Source: Tubulanus polymorphus (taxonomy: Eukaryota > Animalia > Nemertea). Taken from it: a DNA stretch of 64,000 nt. Below, piece by piece: positions 13,243 to 26,032 of this stretch. A program made the translations under genes and the position numbers. Every line of letters starts with the position of its first letter. Within the stretch, counting starts at the first letter, position 1. Location: positions 15,004,110 through 15,068,109 of the forward strand of contig NC_134030.1 in assembly GCF_964204645.1 (NCBI RefSeq), read 5' to 3'. The notes below the pieces were generated by a model. The model had not been told where the DNA came from. It worked only from the letters and a program-made list of their open reading frames with translations, and searched no databases.

Positions 13243-13244
13243 TA

Positions 13245-16200
13245 GTACTACTGTCCAACATGTAATATCAATATAGATAAATCCCAAAAAGCAAGGCACA
13301 ATAAAACTAAAACACATTTAGAGAATAAATTAAAACTAGAATATGAAGATGATATATTAGAAACTAAATTAGATGAATTAAAGAATGAAAAAGAAACATA
13401 TAAATGTGATACATGTAATCAATCATTCAGTGATAAAAGATATTATAAAGAACATTTAAAATCTAAAAGTCATATTAGAAATATGAATAATGATATTTTA
13501 GGTGAAGATTATTTTGATAAAGATAATGATAAGAAACAGAAGACAATTAAAAGCATAAAAAATAAATTAAACAATAAAAGACCATACATGGAAGATGTAA
13601 GAAAATATATTAATTCATTAGATAATAAAAAAGATATAGAGATAACCGAAGCATTTAAAAGTGATATTGGCCCAGCAGCTATCGAGTTTAAATTTCATAA
13701 AGGAAAAACATTAGAAGAAAATAAAAAACATTTAGAAAATATGAAAGAAATAATAAAAATAATAACTGATGTTGAATATCCTAAAATAAGTATTTCATCA
13801 AAAGTTAAATTCATAAAATCTGAAGATAAACCAATATATAATATAAATTCTCATTCACAACATATTATTTCAAAACAACATATTGATGATAAATTAGGTA
13901 AATGTTATAATGAAGTAAAAACTAAAATAGAAGAGAAATATTTTGAAGGATCTGGTTTAATATTTGATGAAATAATATTTATGACTTTACATGTTAATAA
14001 CACAAAATATAATAAGTTAACTAAATCAAAACCAATTGATGAAAATAACGTATCATATTATAAAGAACCAGATATTGAAGCATCGAGTTATATTAAACTA
14101 CCATTTAAAACTAATGCTGTTATAAATGTACAAAATGAAGATGATAAATGTTTTCTATGGGCTATAATAAGTTGTTTACATCCTGCAACTTATAATATTT
14201 GTAGATTAACTCATTATAAACAATTTGAAAATAATTATAAGATAGATAAGTATCCTGTTATAATTAAAAACATCCCAAAAATAGAAAGAGATAATAATAT
14301 AAAGATAAATGTATTTGATTTAATCAAATTACCAAATACAAAAGGTAACAATATAAAACATTATACATTAGAACCTTTATACCTATGAAAATATTATGAT
14401 TCAAATGGTGTTATAGATATATTATATTTTGAGAATCATTATATGTGGATTAAACAAATAGATTTATTCTTTAGAACAGAAAGTGATCACCATAATAAAA
14501 TATATCTATGTAGAAAATGTTTACATAGATTCAGTAATGAAAGTACATTATTAAATCATAAACAATTATGTGATAATCATGATTATTGTAAATTAGTTTT
14601 ACCAAATGAAAAAGATAAAATATAAGAATTAAAAAAATATGATTACAAAAATTAAGTTCCATTTGTAATATATGGAGATTTTGAATCATTAAATAAAGAA
14701 TTAACTGATCAAGATAGAAAAGAAATATATTATAAAAGAAAGAAATTAAATTCTAATGAAAATGATTTTTCAGATGAACCACCAAAAACAAATACTATTA
14801 AAAAGATTCATCAATCAGCTGCTGCTTTCGGGTTATATATAAAATCTGATTATCCAGAACTAATTAAAAGTGAATATTATCATTGTAGAAATGAAAATGT
14901 TATCAATCATTTTTGTGACTTATTAATTGAATATGAAATAAGATTTAGTTAATTACTGAATACAAATATAGAAATTATAATGACAGAAGAAGATAAAGAA
15001 GAATTTGCGTTTGCAGATAAATGTTATTATTGTGAAAAGATACTTAATTTTAGAGATAAAAAAGTAAGAGACCATGATCATTTGAATGGAAAGTTTAGAG
15101 GCGCTGCACATAAGAATTGTAACTAACAAGCTAAGAAAATTAACTTTGTACCAGTTATATTTCATAATTTATCAGGATATGATGCTCATTTATTTATCAA
15201 ACAGTTATGCCATAAAATAGAAGAAATTAATAATGAAATAGAAAGATTAAATTCAAATAGATCAAAAGATAAAATACCAACTTATAAATTTAGAATGTTA
15301 GCTAAAACATCTGAGAATTATATATCATTCCAATTTGGGTGTTTAAGATTTATAGATTCATATAGATTTTTAGGTAGTTCATTAGATAACTCATTAGTTG
15401 ATGATGAATTGAAAATATTAAAACAACACTACCCAAATAATGATGATTTCCAATTAATGAGATATAAACGATCAATTCCATATTCTTTCTATAAAAATCA
15501 TAATGATTTCAATATAACTGAATTATTGAAAGAACAATTCTATGATGAATTAAAATGAATATGTTAAAGATGAAGTATATAATAGAACATTGAATATTTG
15601 GAATCATTTCAAAATAGAAAATCATGGACAATTAGTAGATATATATTTAAAATCAGATGTATTATTATTAACTGATATATTCGAAAGGTTTAGAGATCTA
15701 AACCTAAAATATTTCAATATTGATCCTTGTCATTGTTATTCATCACCAGGATTAACATGGGATTGTGGATTAAAATTTACAGATATAAAAATGTATTTGT
15801 TAACAAATATAGATCAATTATTATTATTTGAAAAATCTATAAGAGGAGGAGTTTCAGGTGTATTAGGGGATAGATATTTCAATGTAAATGATAACCCTGG
15901 ATATAAGTTATTATATATAGATGCAAATAATTTGTATGGTTGGGCAATGATGGAACCACAACCTTATGGAGTATTTGAATTAACTGAAGTTTTACATAAT
16001 GAAAATAATGATAAATTTGATTGGAAGAAAAGAATTCTAGATATTGCAGATGATTCAGATACTGGTTACTTCTTCGTTGTAGATTTAGAATATCTTGAAC
16101 ATATTAAATTTAAATCTAGAAATCTAGCATACTGTCCAGAACATAAGACTGTTACTCATGAAGAATTATCAAATTATCAAAAAAGAATTAACCCGAAAAT

Positions 16201-17252
16201 CTTATTCATACAGAAAAGTTAATGGTAACTCAGGAAGATAAATATAATTATGTAGTACATTACAGAATGTTAAAGTTTTATCTAAAACAAGGAATGATTC
16301 TAAAAAAAGTACATAGATATATTTCATTTAGTCAATCTAAGTGGTTAGAAAAATATATAGATTTTAACACCAAACAGAGAACTGAAGCTAAAACTGATTT
16401 CGAAAAAGATTTCTCCAAGTTAATGAATAATGCATTCTATGGTAAGACTTGTGAAAATATTAGAAATAGAAATGATATTGAGTTAGTTAGTAATGGTAAA
16501 AGGATAAGGCATTTACAATCATATCCTAAGTTCATTGGTAACAGAATATTTGATGAAAATTTAGCCGCAGTTAAAATGAGAAGAACATCAATGAAATTTA
16601 ATAAACCAATCTATGTTGGCGCTTCAGTTTTAGAATTATCAAAATTACTAATGTATGAATTTTATTATAATGTATTACAACCACTTTTTGGAGAAAAACA
16701 TATAGAAATACTATATTTTGATACTGACAGTTACATATTAAAGATAAAAACTGATAACATAACAGATGATCTGAAAACATTAAAACATCATTTTGATTTT
16801 AGTAACTATCCTAAAGATCATGAATTGTTTAGCAATGATAATAAAAAAGTTCCAGGGAAGTTTAAGGATGAATTAGGCGGTGAAGAAATGATAGAGTTCA
16901 TAGGTATTAGATCTAAATGTATTCATATAAAACTAAAGAACATGAAGCTAAAAAGTTAAAAGGAATAACCAAAAGTGTAGTAGAAAAGACTATTCATTTC
17001 AAAGATTACATCAATTGTATTTTCAATGAAGAAGTTAGAAAACATAAGATGAGATGTTTAAGATCTGAAGATCATGAAATGTTTATTGAAGAAATTGAAA
17101 AGATAAGTCTAAACCCATTTGATGATAAAAGATATATTCTGGATGATGGAATTCATACAGTTGCTTATGGTTGCAATTTAGATGAATACTTAAAATTTAA
17201 AAGAGAAGAAACAAAAGAGAACGAGATAATGAAAAGAGTTCTAACGTGTTAA
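13245..17252 (+). pseudogene. polB: Protein-primed DNA polymerase B (copy B), start lost, fragmented
   Basis: Same motifs as copies A and C; multiple stops and frameshifts. Confidence 0.95.
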
Positions 17253-17281
17253 TCAAATTTTAATAAAAATATGTATTATAA

Positions 17282-17635
17282 ATGGAGAGTAAACAAGCAC
17301 ACAGTGAGAACAACAAATTATTTCTAGATAGAATAAAAGATACAACAAATGTAAAATCTGTAGAGTATAAATTCAAAAAGTTAACAGAATTAACAATCCA
17401 TAAGAAATATCTAATTACAAATATTGATACAGTTACTAATAACTATGGAGATAAATTAGTTATACACTTAGAATATGGAGGATTAAAAGGAAATACACAT
17501 AAATTCAGAACATATTTACCAGATAGATTTCATAGATTATCAAGTGAAGACTTAGAAGAATTATGTTCTTGAGATTTCTATTTCGTATACAAAGGTAAGA
17601 ATGAAAAAGGGCATCATGAAATAGATTTCGAATAA
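17282..17635 (+). pseudogene. MESKQ-family protein, premature stop
   Basis: Homologous to 35256..35597. Confidence 0.8.
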
Positions 17636-17649
17636 AATATGTAAAATAA

Positions 17650-18407
17650 ATGGTAGAATTAAAAGAATACAGAATATTTGTTGATTCTAGAAGACTTACA
17701 AATTATAAATCTCATAATTTACTAGTACAAATAGATACAGAATTTAAGAATTGTGAAGATTTAAAATTAGTAAATATAAGTTTATGTAATTCTTTTTATA
17801 ATATATCGGATAAAACTGTTGAACATAGAGCCTTTTTAATTTTTAATAAAAATAAAAATGAATGGGCCTATATATATTTAAAACCGGGGTTATATAATTT
17901 AGATACATTGGCACAAGAAATTAATAGAAAAGCCTGGCACAAGTCAGGTAATAATTCCGGGTTTAATATTAGATTTTTAAAAAGTGAGAGTACTGACAAA
18001 ATAAAGATAAGGTTGTCTAATAGTGAAATACATGCATTTATGGTAAAAAACCTATAGCTAAACTGTTAGGAATTCCTCCAGATAAATCTTTTACAAATAT
18101 TGATGCTACACCAAACTTAATACCTTTTACACACCTTTATATTTATTGTAATTTAATCGATCCTACAAAAACATTCGAAGCAACTAAAGATACAACTTGT
18201 AATTCTGGTTTACTAAACATTTTACCATTGAAGAATGTTAAAGAATTTGGAACGCAAATAAATTATAATTTAACAGAATGTGATTTCAAACCATGCATTC
18301 CTAAATTTAATAATTTTAAATTAGAAATAAGAAATCATAATGGATACTTAATTGATTTGAATAACTTTCCTGTAATTTATGAATTAGTTATAAGATGTAA
18401 AGAGTAA
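17650..18407 (+). pseudogene. Minor capsid (penton-like) protein, frameshifted
   Basis: Homologous to 35615..36373. Confidence 0.8.
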
Positions 18408-18424
18408 TTTTCTTCACTATATAA

Positions 18425-18766
18425 ATGAATATAACTGTTGGACCGAGTATATGTTTTGGGTTTGATTTTAAACATGGTAAAGAAATGAGAATTAAACTAA
18501 ATGATGTAATTACTGATATAAAAAGTAAATCATTTAACAATGCATCAATGATTAATAAAGAAAATTATAATATAGAAAAAGTAATTGATTTAATTAAATC
18601 ACCTTTAGAATATTATGAATTAAATGAAGATGGAATTATTGATGATATTAAAAACATATAAACCAAAATATATGATAATCATAAAACTAGTAATGAAATA
18701 AATGTTGATATAATCATAAATAAGTTAACTAAATATTTTGAAGATAGTAATTTTTTTGATAAATAA
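18425..18766 (+). pseudogene. MNITVG protein, premature stop
   Basis: Homologous to 7800..8141. Confidence 0.75.
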
Positions 18767-18988
18767 ATGAGTGATAATAAGTGGATAATAACTGGATTAT
18801 ATAATGGCGCATTACTATCAGTTGGAACTGTTGGTTATTCAATGGTATTAAAAAAAGTATTCAAAATGGGAAGTGTTAATGTTGATAGATTTGATATCAC
18901 TGATATTTTAAAATTAACATTAGCAGTTACTTTATCTAATTTAACTATTGATTATTTGGAAAAACAAAAATATATTCCTCCTATATAA
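18767..18988 (+). CDS. 73-aa hydrophobic/membrane protein (MSDNKW)
   Basis: Intact in B and C; TAAATG start. Confidence 0.8.
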   Translation: MSDNKWIITGLYNGALLSVGTVGYSMVLKKVFKMGSVNVDRFDITDILKLTLAVTLSNLTIDYLEKQKYIPPI

Positions 18989-19012
18989 ATGCGTAATTAT
19001 TTTACTAAATAA

Positions 19013-19435
19013 ATGGCTTCTGCAGTTATAACTATTATAGGATCGGCAATTGTTAACGCTTTAGCATTTGCTGGTGGTGGTTATTTATTTAAACATATTG
19101 ATAAAAATGGATCATTAACAGAACAAAAAAGACATAACTTAGCATTAGAGAAATACAATAAAGCAGCAGAAGAATATAGAGAAAAAAGACAAAACTATAT
19201 GGATTACATCAATAAAGAATTATATGATCAGAAGATTTCACATAGAGATTTTCAATCAGTTGATGATGCAATGAGTTTATATAACGCGGTAACCAATAAA
19301 GAAAAATTACATCTATACAAACCTAAATTATCAGATTATTATACCCCAAGTAATGAACAGAAGAAATATGAAATAATTTGGATTTTAGGTGGAACTGTTA
19401 TTGTTATATTTGTTGCTTATAAGTTTACTAATTAG
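19013..19435 (+). CDS. 140-aa predicted membrane protein (MASAVI)
   Basis: Near-identical to copies A and C. Confidence 0.85.
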   Translation: MASAVITIIGSAIVNALAFAGGGYLFKHIDKNGSLTEQKRHNLALEKYNKAAEEYREKRQNYMDYINKELYDQKISHRDFQSVDDAMSLYNAVTNKEKLHLYKPKLSDYYTPSNEQKKYEIIWILGGTVIVIFVAYKFTN

Positions 19436-19455
19436 TAATTTTTTTTGCTAAATAA

Positions 19456-19888
19456 ATGGAAGATAAAGTTGATGATATTGATATTATTCCTCATGATATA
19501 AATAAAACTAAATTAAAAAAATATTTAGAAAAACAAATATTAGAATTTGAAGTGACTTAAAGATAAAAAAGAAAAAATATTTAAAAAGTAAAATTATATA
19601 TTATTTGATTATAAGTGGTTCGGTTACAATTAGTTCTGTATAACATTTCTAGCAATATTCAGTCCATTAACACCTTTAGCTATATCAATTGGTGTATTAG
19701 GATTAAGTTCAAGTGTTTTAACCGGTATAAGTTCAAAATTAAATATAAAAAGTAATAAAGAAAAAATTAAAACTAATATAAAAGAAATTAATAAATTAAA
19801 GAACACACTAGATTATATAATAAGTTTAAATGGTCATATAACAGTTGAAGAACAAGATAAATTATTAAAAGAATTAGTTAATTATTAA
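19456..19888 (+). pseudogene. Two-TM membrane protein (MEDKVD), frameshifted
   Basis: Homologous to 37349..37783. Confidence 0.7.
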
Positions 19889-20070
19889 TTTTTTAATTAT
19901 ATAAATGGCAGAATGTTTTCCAAAAGCTTTCCAATATAATAAATCAATTAAATATAATATTCCAGCAATAGATTTTAATAAAGATATTACATATAGAAAT
20001 GAAGTTTTAAATTCATTAATTGATTTATATATTTATGTTACTGAAAGTAATAATTTTCATGTAAAGATGG

Positions 20071-20435
20071 TGTAGACTCCAAACACGAAAATTTACGAAG
20101 TCGCAGATCTCTCAATGTCAAACTGACGTCTTACATTTATTATCATCATTACCATCGAAGCCGTTTCTAAACAAGCAACAACAACTAAATTAACACACAA
20201 ATATTATAATAATAACAAGAAATTCGGCTAATAACAAATAACTTACAGAACATTTGAGAGTATTAAATCATGTAGCAGCCACAACGTCAGTACACACAAA
20301 TATAAAAATTCAATACCCACAGATCACCAGATCACCAGACTTTATACAATTTCACACATGAGTAACTTACACACTAGGTTGAGCATGAGCAGTAGAACTG
20401 CCAGAAATATGACCATAATACAAACATAAACTACA
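20071..20435 (-). repeat. 3' LTR (365 bp)
   Basis: Direct repeat of 26033-26390; by eye differs by one substitution and a 7-bp indel. Confidence 0.97.
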
Positions 20436-20701
20436 TTCCCGGCCATAAAATACTAAAGTTAACTAAAATTTAACTTAGATTTTATAGTCTTATAAATTTA
20501 CTTAACGTCACAAAACTGAATAATACGTGTACTACGGACAAATAATATGTTACATACCGACAACTAGTGAGCAAACTAATATACCAACACAAATAATTAT
20601 ACATCATAAACTGAAGTTATAATAATATTACACATTAGATAAAGAACTACTGTAATCCTTAATGTATAATCTATTCAAACGTACATTACTTATTCCATTA
20701 C

Positions 20702-23700
20702 TTATTCCACTGCTCGTTCCAGCATAACGCACTTATTAACTGGACGTATAGGTGATGGAGAAGAGCGGGTTTTTATTTTAGCACTTCGCACAACACCATC
20801 TGAACCTGGATGCACTTCAATGACACGACCCAAAGGCCATTGGGCGCGGGGCAGTTGCTCATTTGATACTATAACAAGATCACCTACAGCTAAGTTTCGT
20901 TGCGTATGAAACCATTCCTGACGCTGCTGCAACGATGGCAAATATTCCCGAGTCCATCGCCGCCAAAATACAACAGCCATGTACTGAACCTGGCGCCAAC
21001 GTTTCCTGATGTAAAGATCACGTGCTTGAAATATACCGGGGGGTAAAGTTGAGCCAGCTCTCAGTAACAACAAGTGATTGGGCGTAAGAGCTTCTAAATC
21101 TAACGGATCATCTGAAACAGCAGTTATAGGCCGACTGTTAATAACAGCTTCCACCTCACACATTAAAGTGGATAAGCCCTCATCATCTAGTACTTGAACT
21201 TTCATGAAAGCAGCAAGAACGTTACGGACTGTACGAATTTGACGCTCCCACACACCGCCCATATGGGAAGCAGCAGGCGGATTGAAATGCCACTCAATTT
21301 CCTTCTGTAACAGAAAATCGTGAATGTTATCATGGTTCCAATCTTGTATAGCCTCACGCAATTCCCTATTTCCTCCGACGAAGTTGGTACCGTTGTCACT
21401 CCAAATACCTGTAGGTGTACCTCGTCTTGCCATGAATCTGCGTAAGCCATTAATAAATGATGTTGTATCAAGCGAACGGCATATTTGTATGTGTACAGCT
21501 CGAATTGACAAACAAGTGAATATGCATCCGTAGCGTTTAACTTGCGAACGAAGCTGCTTTACGAGAAACGGACCAAAGAAGTCCACACCCACGTATGTAA
21601 ATTGGGATTCACAAGGAGTTACCCTTTCTTCGGGTAAATCAGCCATCTTGTTTTCTAAGTATTTACCATGCCTACGTCTACAATCGTAACAGTGATTCAA
21701 AACCTTCCATACTGCAGATTTCCCGTTGACGATCCAGAATTTAGCACGAATTACCGACAGAATATGATCACGACCAGAATGACCATACATCTCGTGATAC
21801 TCTTGGATAATCAGATCTGAAATATGCGCAGATTTTGGCAGGATAATAGGATGCTTAACTCGATCGGAATACGAAGATCGCCTTAATCGTCCTCCTACGC
21901 ACAGCAACCCATCAATCATAATCGGATCAAGCTTTATGATCGAACTAGATTCCTTGATCTTTCCACCAGCCAACTCTTCTGAATAATACAGCTGTTGTAC
22001 ATATGAAAGCACGGCTTTCTCGGCTTGCCTCAATTCACGTACCGTTATAGGATCAGCAACTTTGACACCATTCAACCGTCCTGCCAAATTTACTTTGAAA
22101 AGTAGAATCCAAGCGATACATCGCTTCAGCCGTGTCCATGACGAAAATCGCTGGAAGTACATCATACATGGGTCCTCCGCCTCAGTCACTACCAGTGTAC
22201 AGATATGTTTTTGTATCTTCTTCACTTCGACATCAGTAGTGGGTATAGCATCCACATCGGGTTGATTCGGCCACTCCGACTCCAAAGACGATAGAAATGC
22301 CGGCCCCGTCAACCATCTTGAGTTTCCATCCAGCAACTGTTGAACCTTAAACCCGCGTGATGCATCGTCTGCTGGATTATCAGCACCATTAACAAAGAAC
22401 CATTGATCAGGGGTAGTCAGGTCTCTGATAACAGCAATCCGGTTTGCAACATAGACCTGAAAGCGTAGATTCTCATTCCTGATATATTTTAATACGGATG
22501 TGCTATCAGTCCAGAAGTACGACGGTTCCACCTTGATACCAATCTCATTGCGAATTAAACGGTCGAGCCTCGCGGCGACTGTTGCTGCAGCTAACTCCAG
22601 TCTAGGGATGGTTATAATCTTCAAAGGTGTAACCCGTGATTTAGCCATGATGAAACTACAATGAATTTCACCAGCTTCATTTACCAACCGTAAATAGCTC
22701 ACAGCTCCATAGCCACATTCAGAAGCGTCACTGAAATGATGCAGCTGAGCAGAGCAGACGTCTCCAAAGTTCGTAGGCTTGAAACATCGACCTATGCGTA
22801 AATTCTCTAACTTCGGAAGTTCGGCCAACCATGAACGCCATTTCTCCTCATAAATCGCTGGTATCTCATCATCCCAGCCAAGTTTCATCTTACATAATTC
22901 TTGCATAAGTGATTTTACAGGCAAGGTCACTGGAGCGGTAAATCCTATCGGGTCGTATAACGAACTTGCTACAGAGAGCACTCCACGACGGGTAAGTGGT
23001 TTATCCTTTATCTTAACCTTAAAGAGGAACTTATCGGTTTCCATATGCCAGAGCATCCCGAGAGCTCGCTCTGTAGGAAGTTGCGATTGTTGACCAAAAT
23101 CCATATCCTTTAACGTATTAGCACGCTCAGACTCGGGCACCGACTCAATTACTCGTCGAGAGTTGGAGGAAATCTGAGTTAAACGAAAGCCACCACGATG
23201 AAGTAATTCTATCAGTTGATTCAGCAACCGAATAGCAGCGTCCTCAGTGCATACCGACTTGAGACAATCATCTACGTAAAAGTTCTGTAGTACAGTATTT
23301 ACGGTTGTCTTATCGTATTTATCGTCGTTATCGAAAGCAGAATGCCTTAACGCAAAGTTACTGCAACTTGGTGAGGAAGATGCTCCAAAGAGATGCACCT
23401 GCATTCGATATTCCTCTGGCTCCTTGGATAGATCGCAGTCAGACCACCACAGGAAGCGCAATGCATCTTTCATGTCGGGTGTTACTCGAACCTGATGAAA
23501 CATTCCCTCAATGTCTCCCATAAATGCTACTGCGTCTTGTCTGAACCGCAGAAGTACACCAACTAATCGATTGGTCAAATCAGGACCTTGTAGCAACTGA
23601 TCATTTAGCGAAGTTCCATGGTACCTAGCAGAGCAGTCGAACACAACTCGAATTTTCTTCTTTTGTGGATGGTAAACTGTATGATGTGGCAAATACCAGA

Positions 23701-24685
23701 CCATGCCATCTTGACGGTCAAGTTCTCCTGCAGGAATCTTCTCGCAGAAACAAGACTGAATCATCTTTTGAATAAACCCGACGTATTCACTAAACAAACT
23801 GTCATCTTTCTCCAACTTTCTCTTCAGCAGATTCAGCCTATGAGTAGCTACAGGCCGATTATTGGGTAAAGACGGTGGATTATGGCGCCAAGGCAAAGCC
23901 ATCTCGTAATGACCATCCTTTGTCAGCTGAACCGTAGATTCCATGATGGCGAGAGCCCTTTTATCTTCTTGAGACATCTCGGTCTTATCATCGTATACAC
24001 AATCATTGAATTCCGCGTTACAGTAGGTAAGAAACTGCTGAGACAATACTTCATCGCCTTTTATAACGTTAGTAACCGTTCGCCTTGCAATATCACTTCT
24101 ACCCAATGGACCGTTTATTGCCCAACCGAATAAAGTCTTGACAGCATACGGACCACCACATTCACTTCTTCTTATTTCAGATTGTTCCAATGCTACGCTG
24201 TTGTCATTCCCGATTAAAAGGCCAATTTCCGCGTCAATCTGGGGTAGTACAATACCATTCATGTGTCGCCATCTATCAACATCTTCTTGACGAGGAATAT
24301 CATCTTTCGATACAGGTAGGTATGGGCGAGAGTACACATTCGTTAGCTCTATCATATACGTCTCGTTCAAATCGTAAACTTCAAAGCTATCAATCGGAAT
24401 TTTTTCTCGTTCCATAGTCGTCAAAGAAAGTCGAGTTTTTCTGGTTCCAACGCCAAGACGATACATCAAATCTTCAGTACAAAACGTCGAATTCGAACCC
24501 GTATCCAAAAGCGCATAAGTAAGAACGACGTCATTCTCATTAGATCTCAATTTCACCGGAACAATAGGAAGACCAACCACTTTCTCCGATTCTCTTATAA
24601 AGGCATTATGCACTTGTGACTTTGTATTGTCCGATGAGCTACTACCGCGGTCACCACCATTGTCGAATTTATTAATATGTAACAA
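20702..24685 (-). CDS. pol: BEL/Pao pol region: aspartic protease, reverse transcriptase, RNase H (Pao A17), integrase
   Basis: LLDTGS; DIEGMFHQV, HLFGASSSP, FYVDD; FSDAS, TIPRLEL, WTDS, NPADDASRG; VDFFGP, SDNGTNF, GVWERQIR. Confidence 0.96.
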   Translation of the reverse strand: MLHINKFDNGGDRGSSSSDNTKSQVHNAFIRESEKVVGLPIVPVKLRSNENDVVLTYALLDTGSNSTFCTEDLMYRLGVGTRKTRLSLTTMEREKIPIDSFEVYDLNETYMIELTNVYSRPYLPVSKDDIPRQEDVDRWRHMNGIVLPQIDAEIGLLIGNDNSVALEQSEIRRSECGGPYAVKTLFGWAINGPLGRSDIARRTVTNVIKGDEVLSQQFLTYCNAEFNDCVYDDKTEMSQEDKRALAIMESTVQLTKDGHYEMALPWRHNPPSLPNNRPVATHRLNLLKRKLEKDDSLFSEYVGFIQKMIQSCFCEKIPAGELDRQDGMVWYLPHHTVYHPQKKKIRVVFDCSARYHGTSLNDQLLQGPDLTNRLVGVLLRFRQDAVAFMGDIEGMFHQVRVTPDMKDALRFLWWSDCDLSKEPEEYRMQVHLFGASSSPSCSNFALRHSAFDNDDKYDKTTVNTVLQNFYVDDCLKSVCTEDAAIRLLNQLIELLHRGGFRLTQISSNSRRVIESVPESERANTLKDMDFGQQSQLPTERALGMLWHMETDKFLFKVKIKDKPLTRRGVLSVASSLYDPIGFTAPVTLPVKSLMQELCKMKLGWDDEIPAIYEEKWRSWLAELPKLENLRIGRCFKPTNFGDVCSAQLHHFSDASECGYGAVSYLRLVNEAGEIHCSFIMAKSRVTPLKIITIPRLELAAATVAARLDRLIRNEIGIKVEPSYFWTDSTSVLKYIRNENLRFQVYVANRIAVIRDLTTPDQWFFVNGADNPADDASRGFKVQQLLDGNSRWLTGPAFLSSLESEWPNQPDVDAIPTTDVEVKKIQKHICTLVVTEAEDPCMMYFQRFSSWTRLKRCIAWILLFKVNLAGRLNGVKVADPITVRELRQAEKAVLSYVQQLYYSEELAGGKIKESSSIIKLDPIMIDGLLCVGGRLRRSSYSDRVKHPIILPKSAHISDLIIQEYHEMYGHSGRDHILSVIRAKFWIVNGKSAVWKVLNHCYDCRRRHGKYLENKMADLPEERVTPCESQFTYVGVDFFGPFLVKQLRSQVKRYGCIFTCLSIRAVHIQICRSLDTTSFINGLRRFMARRGTPTGIWSDNGTNFVGGNRELREAIQDWNHDNIHDFLLQKEIEWHFNPPAASHMGGVWERQIRTVRNVLAAFMKVQVLDDEGLSTLMCEVEAVINSRPITAVSDDPLDLEALTPNHLLLLRAGSTLPPGIFQARDLYIRKRWRQVQYMAVVFWRRWTREYLPSLQQRQEWFHTQRNLAVGDLVIVSNEQLPRAQWPLGRVIEVHPGSDGVVRSAKIKTRSSPSPIRPVNKCVMLERAVE

Positions 24686-24730
24686 TGTTGAATGCTTTCC
24701 GTCACGGCAGATTGCGCACTGTGTTGCCTT

Positions 24731-26005
24731 TCAACAATTCCTGGCTCGATGACGAGGGATTAAACAGTTAAAGCACAAACCTTTGTCTCTGACGAAATTG
24801 CGTCGCTCTTCATACGATTTGGCTTTGAAGACTGCACAATCGGTCAACGCATGTTCGGCCTGACACATACTACAAGATTTGTGGCCTAATCCCTGTGGTG
24901 AAAATGTATTGTCCTCGCGCTTGACATCACTCGATCTGCTGTAAAACGATTTTGCGAATTTATTTTGCTGCGACCTTTTTTGACCATCATTGATATTGCC
25001 GAAAACTGGATGATTAATGATTCGTGCTTCATTTTCTACGAATTTGCTAATATCAGCGAGAGTTATTTCTCGAAATGCGAACTGCGTAATATAGTCTGCC
25101 TTTACGCGCCATTTTTTTCTAATTTCAAATGGTAAACGACCAATTAGCTTTCTCAGATTATCTGGATTCTCTATTTTGCTCAAGTATCCAATTTGTTCCA
25201 ACGTATTTTTACAACTTGTCAAGGCTACAGAAAATTTCGACAATGACTCTCCATCTTCCCATTTGATAAGCGGGCCGTTGATTACGCGATCAACTAACGT
25301 AGTTGCGATTCGATAACTATCACCATAACGTGTCAGCAAAAGTTGCGTGGCTTCTGGATAACCCACGGCTGGATCTTTGGGTAAGTAGCTTTTTACTAAC
25401 TCGTGTGCATCTCCCTTTGTATATTGGGTAAGGAAATACAATCGCTCGCTATTGTTTACAGTTTTCGCTTCTATCAGATTTTCGAAAGCGCGGATAAAGT
25501 AACAGTACTCCGTGACATCGCCAGAGAAAATAGGCATTTCTGGTTTGGGCAGCGACATACGAACCATACTTTCTATCATCAACTGCAGACCAGGATCAGT
25601 ACCGGAACTCTGTGGATTTCCGCTTAATGAATTGTCCGGGCTAGACGGCTGCGATGCCTGTGCTTTCGGCGTAAAACTAGGTGCTTCGACCATTAAATAT
25701 TGATTTGTTTTTAAACGCAAATTACATGTGAGATTTTCTTCCGTATCGAAATAAACAAATGACGCTTCGATTTCTTCATCATCTAACAGTGAGTCATGCA
25801 CGACTTGGTGGGCATTTTCGAATTTTTTCCAGGCTTCATCAATTCTTAACAAAGCAGCGTTCACTTCATCAGCTGAGAGATTCTTCTTTAACATATCCCT
25901 CAACTCATTTCTTTTCTTAGTGAGCGCGGCTTTATATCCAGCTCTGGATCGTTTCAATGTTTCTAAATCATCGCCGTGTGGCTTACTCTTTCCGTCGACA
26001 GACAT
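24731..26005 (-). CDS. gag: BEL/Pao gag region with zinc knuckles
   Basis: FSGDVTEY..F, CSMCQAEHALTDC and CFNCLIPRHRARNC; in frame with pol across one TGA. Confidence 0.92.
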   Translation of the reverse strand: MSVDGKSKPHGDDLETLKRSRAGYKAALTKKRNELRDMLKKNLSADEVNAALLRIDEAWKKFENAHQVVHDSLLDDEEIEASFVYFDTEENLTCNLRLKTNQYLMVEAPSFTPKAQASQPSSPDNSLSGNPQSSGTDPGLQLMIESMVRMSLPKPEMPIFSGDVTEYCYFIRAFENLIEAKTVNNSERLYFLTQYTKGDAHELVKSYLPKDPAVGYPEATQLLLTRYGDSYRIATTLVDRVINGPLIKWEDGESLSKFSVALTSCKNTLEQIGYLSKIENPDNLRKLIGRLPFEIRKKWRVKADYITQFAFREITLADISKFVENEARIINHPVFGNINDGQKRSQQNKFAKSFYSRSSDVKREDNTFSPQGLGHKSCSMCQAEHALTDCAVFKAKSYEERRNFVRDKGLCFNCLIPRHRARNC

Positions 26006-26032
26006 ATTCTTCTTACAATTGTTCTAAACCAA

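Larger units (their letters stand above)
1969..13244 (+). mobile_element. Polinton/Maverick copy A, left half (TIR to major capsid gene), degenerate
   Basis: Starts 5'-AGTAATAGGGG; gene order collinear with copy C; many stops and frameshifts; ends in a deletion junction. Confidence 0.92.
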
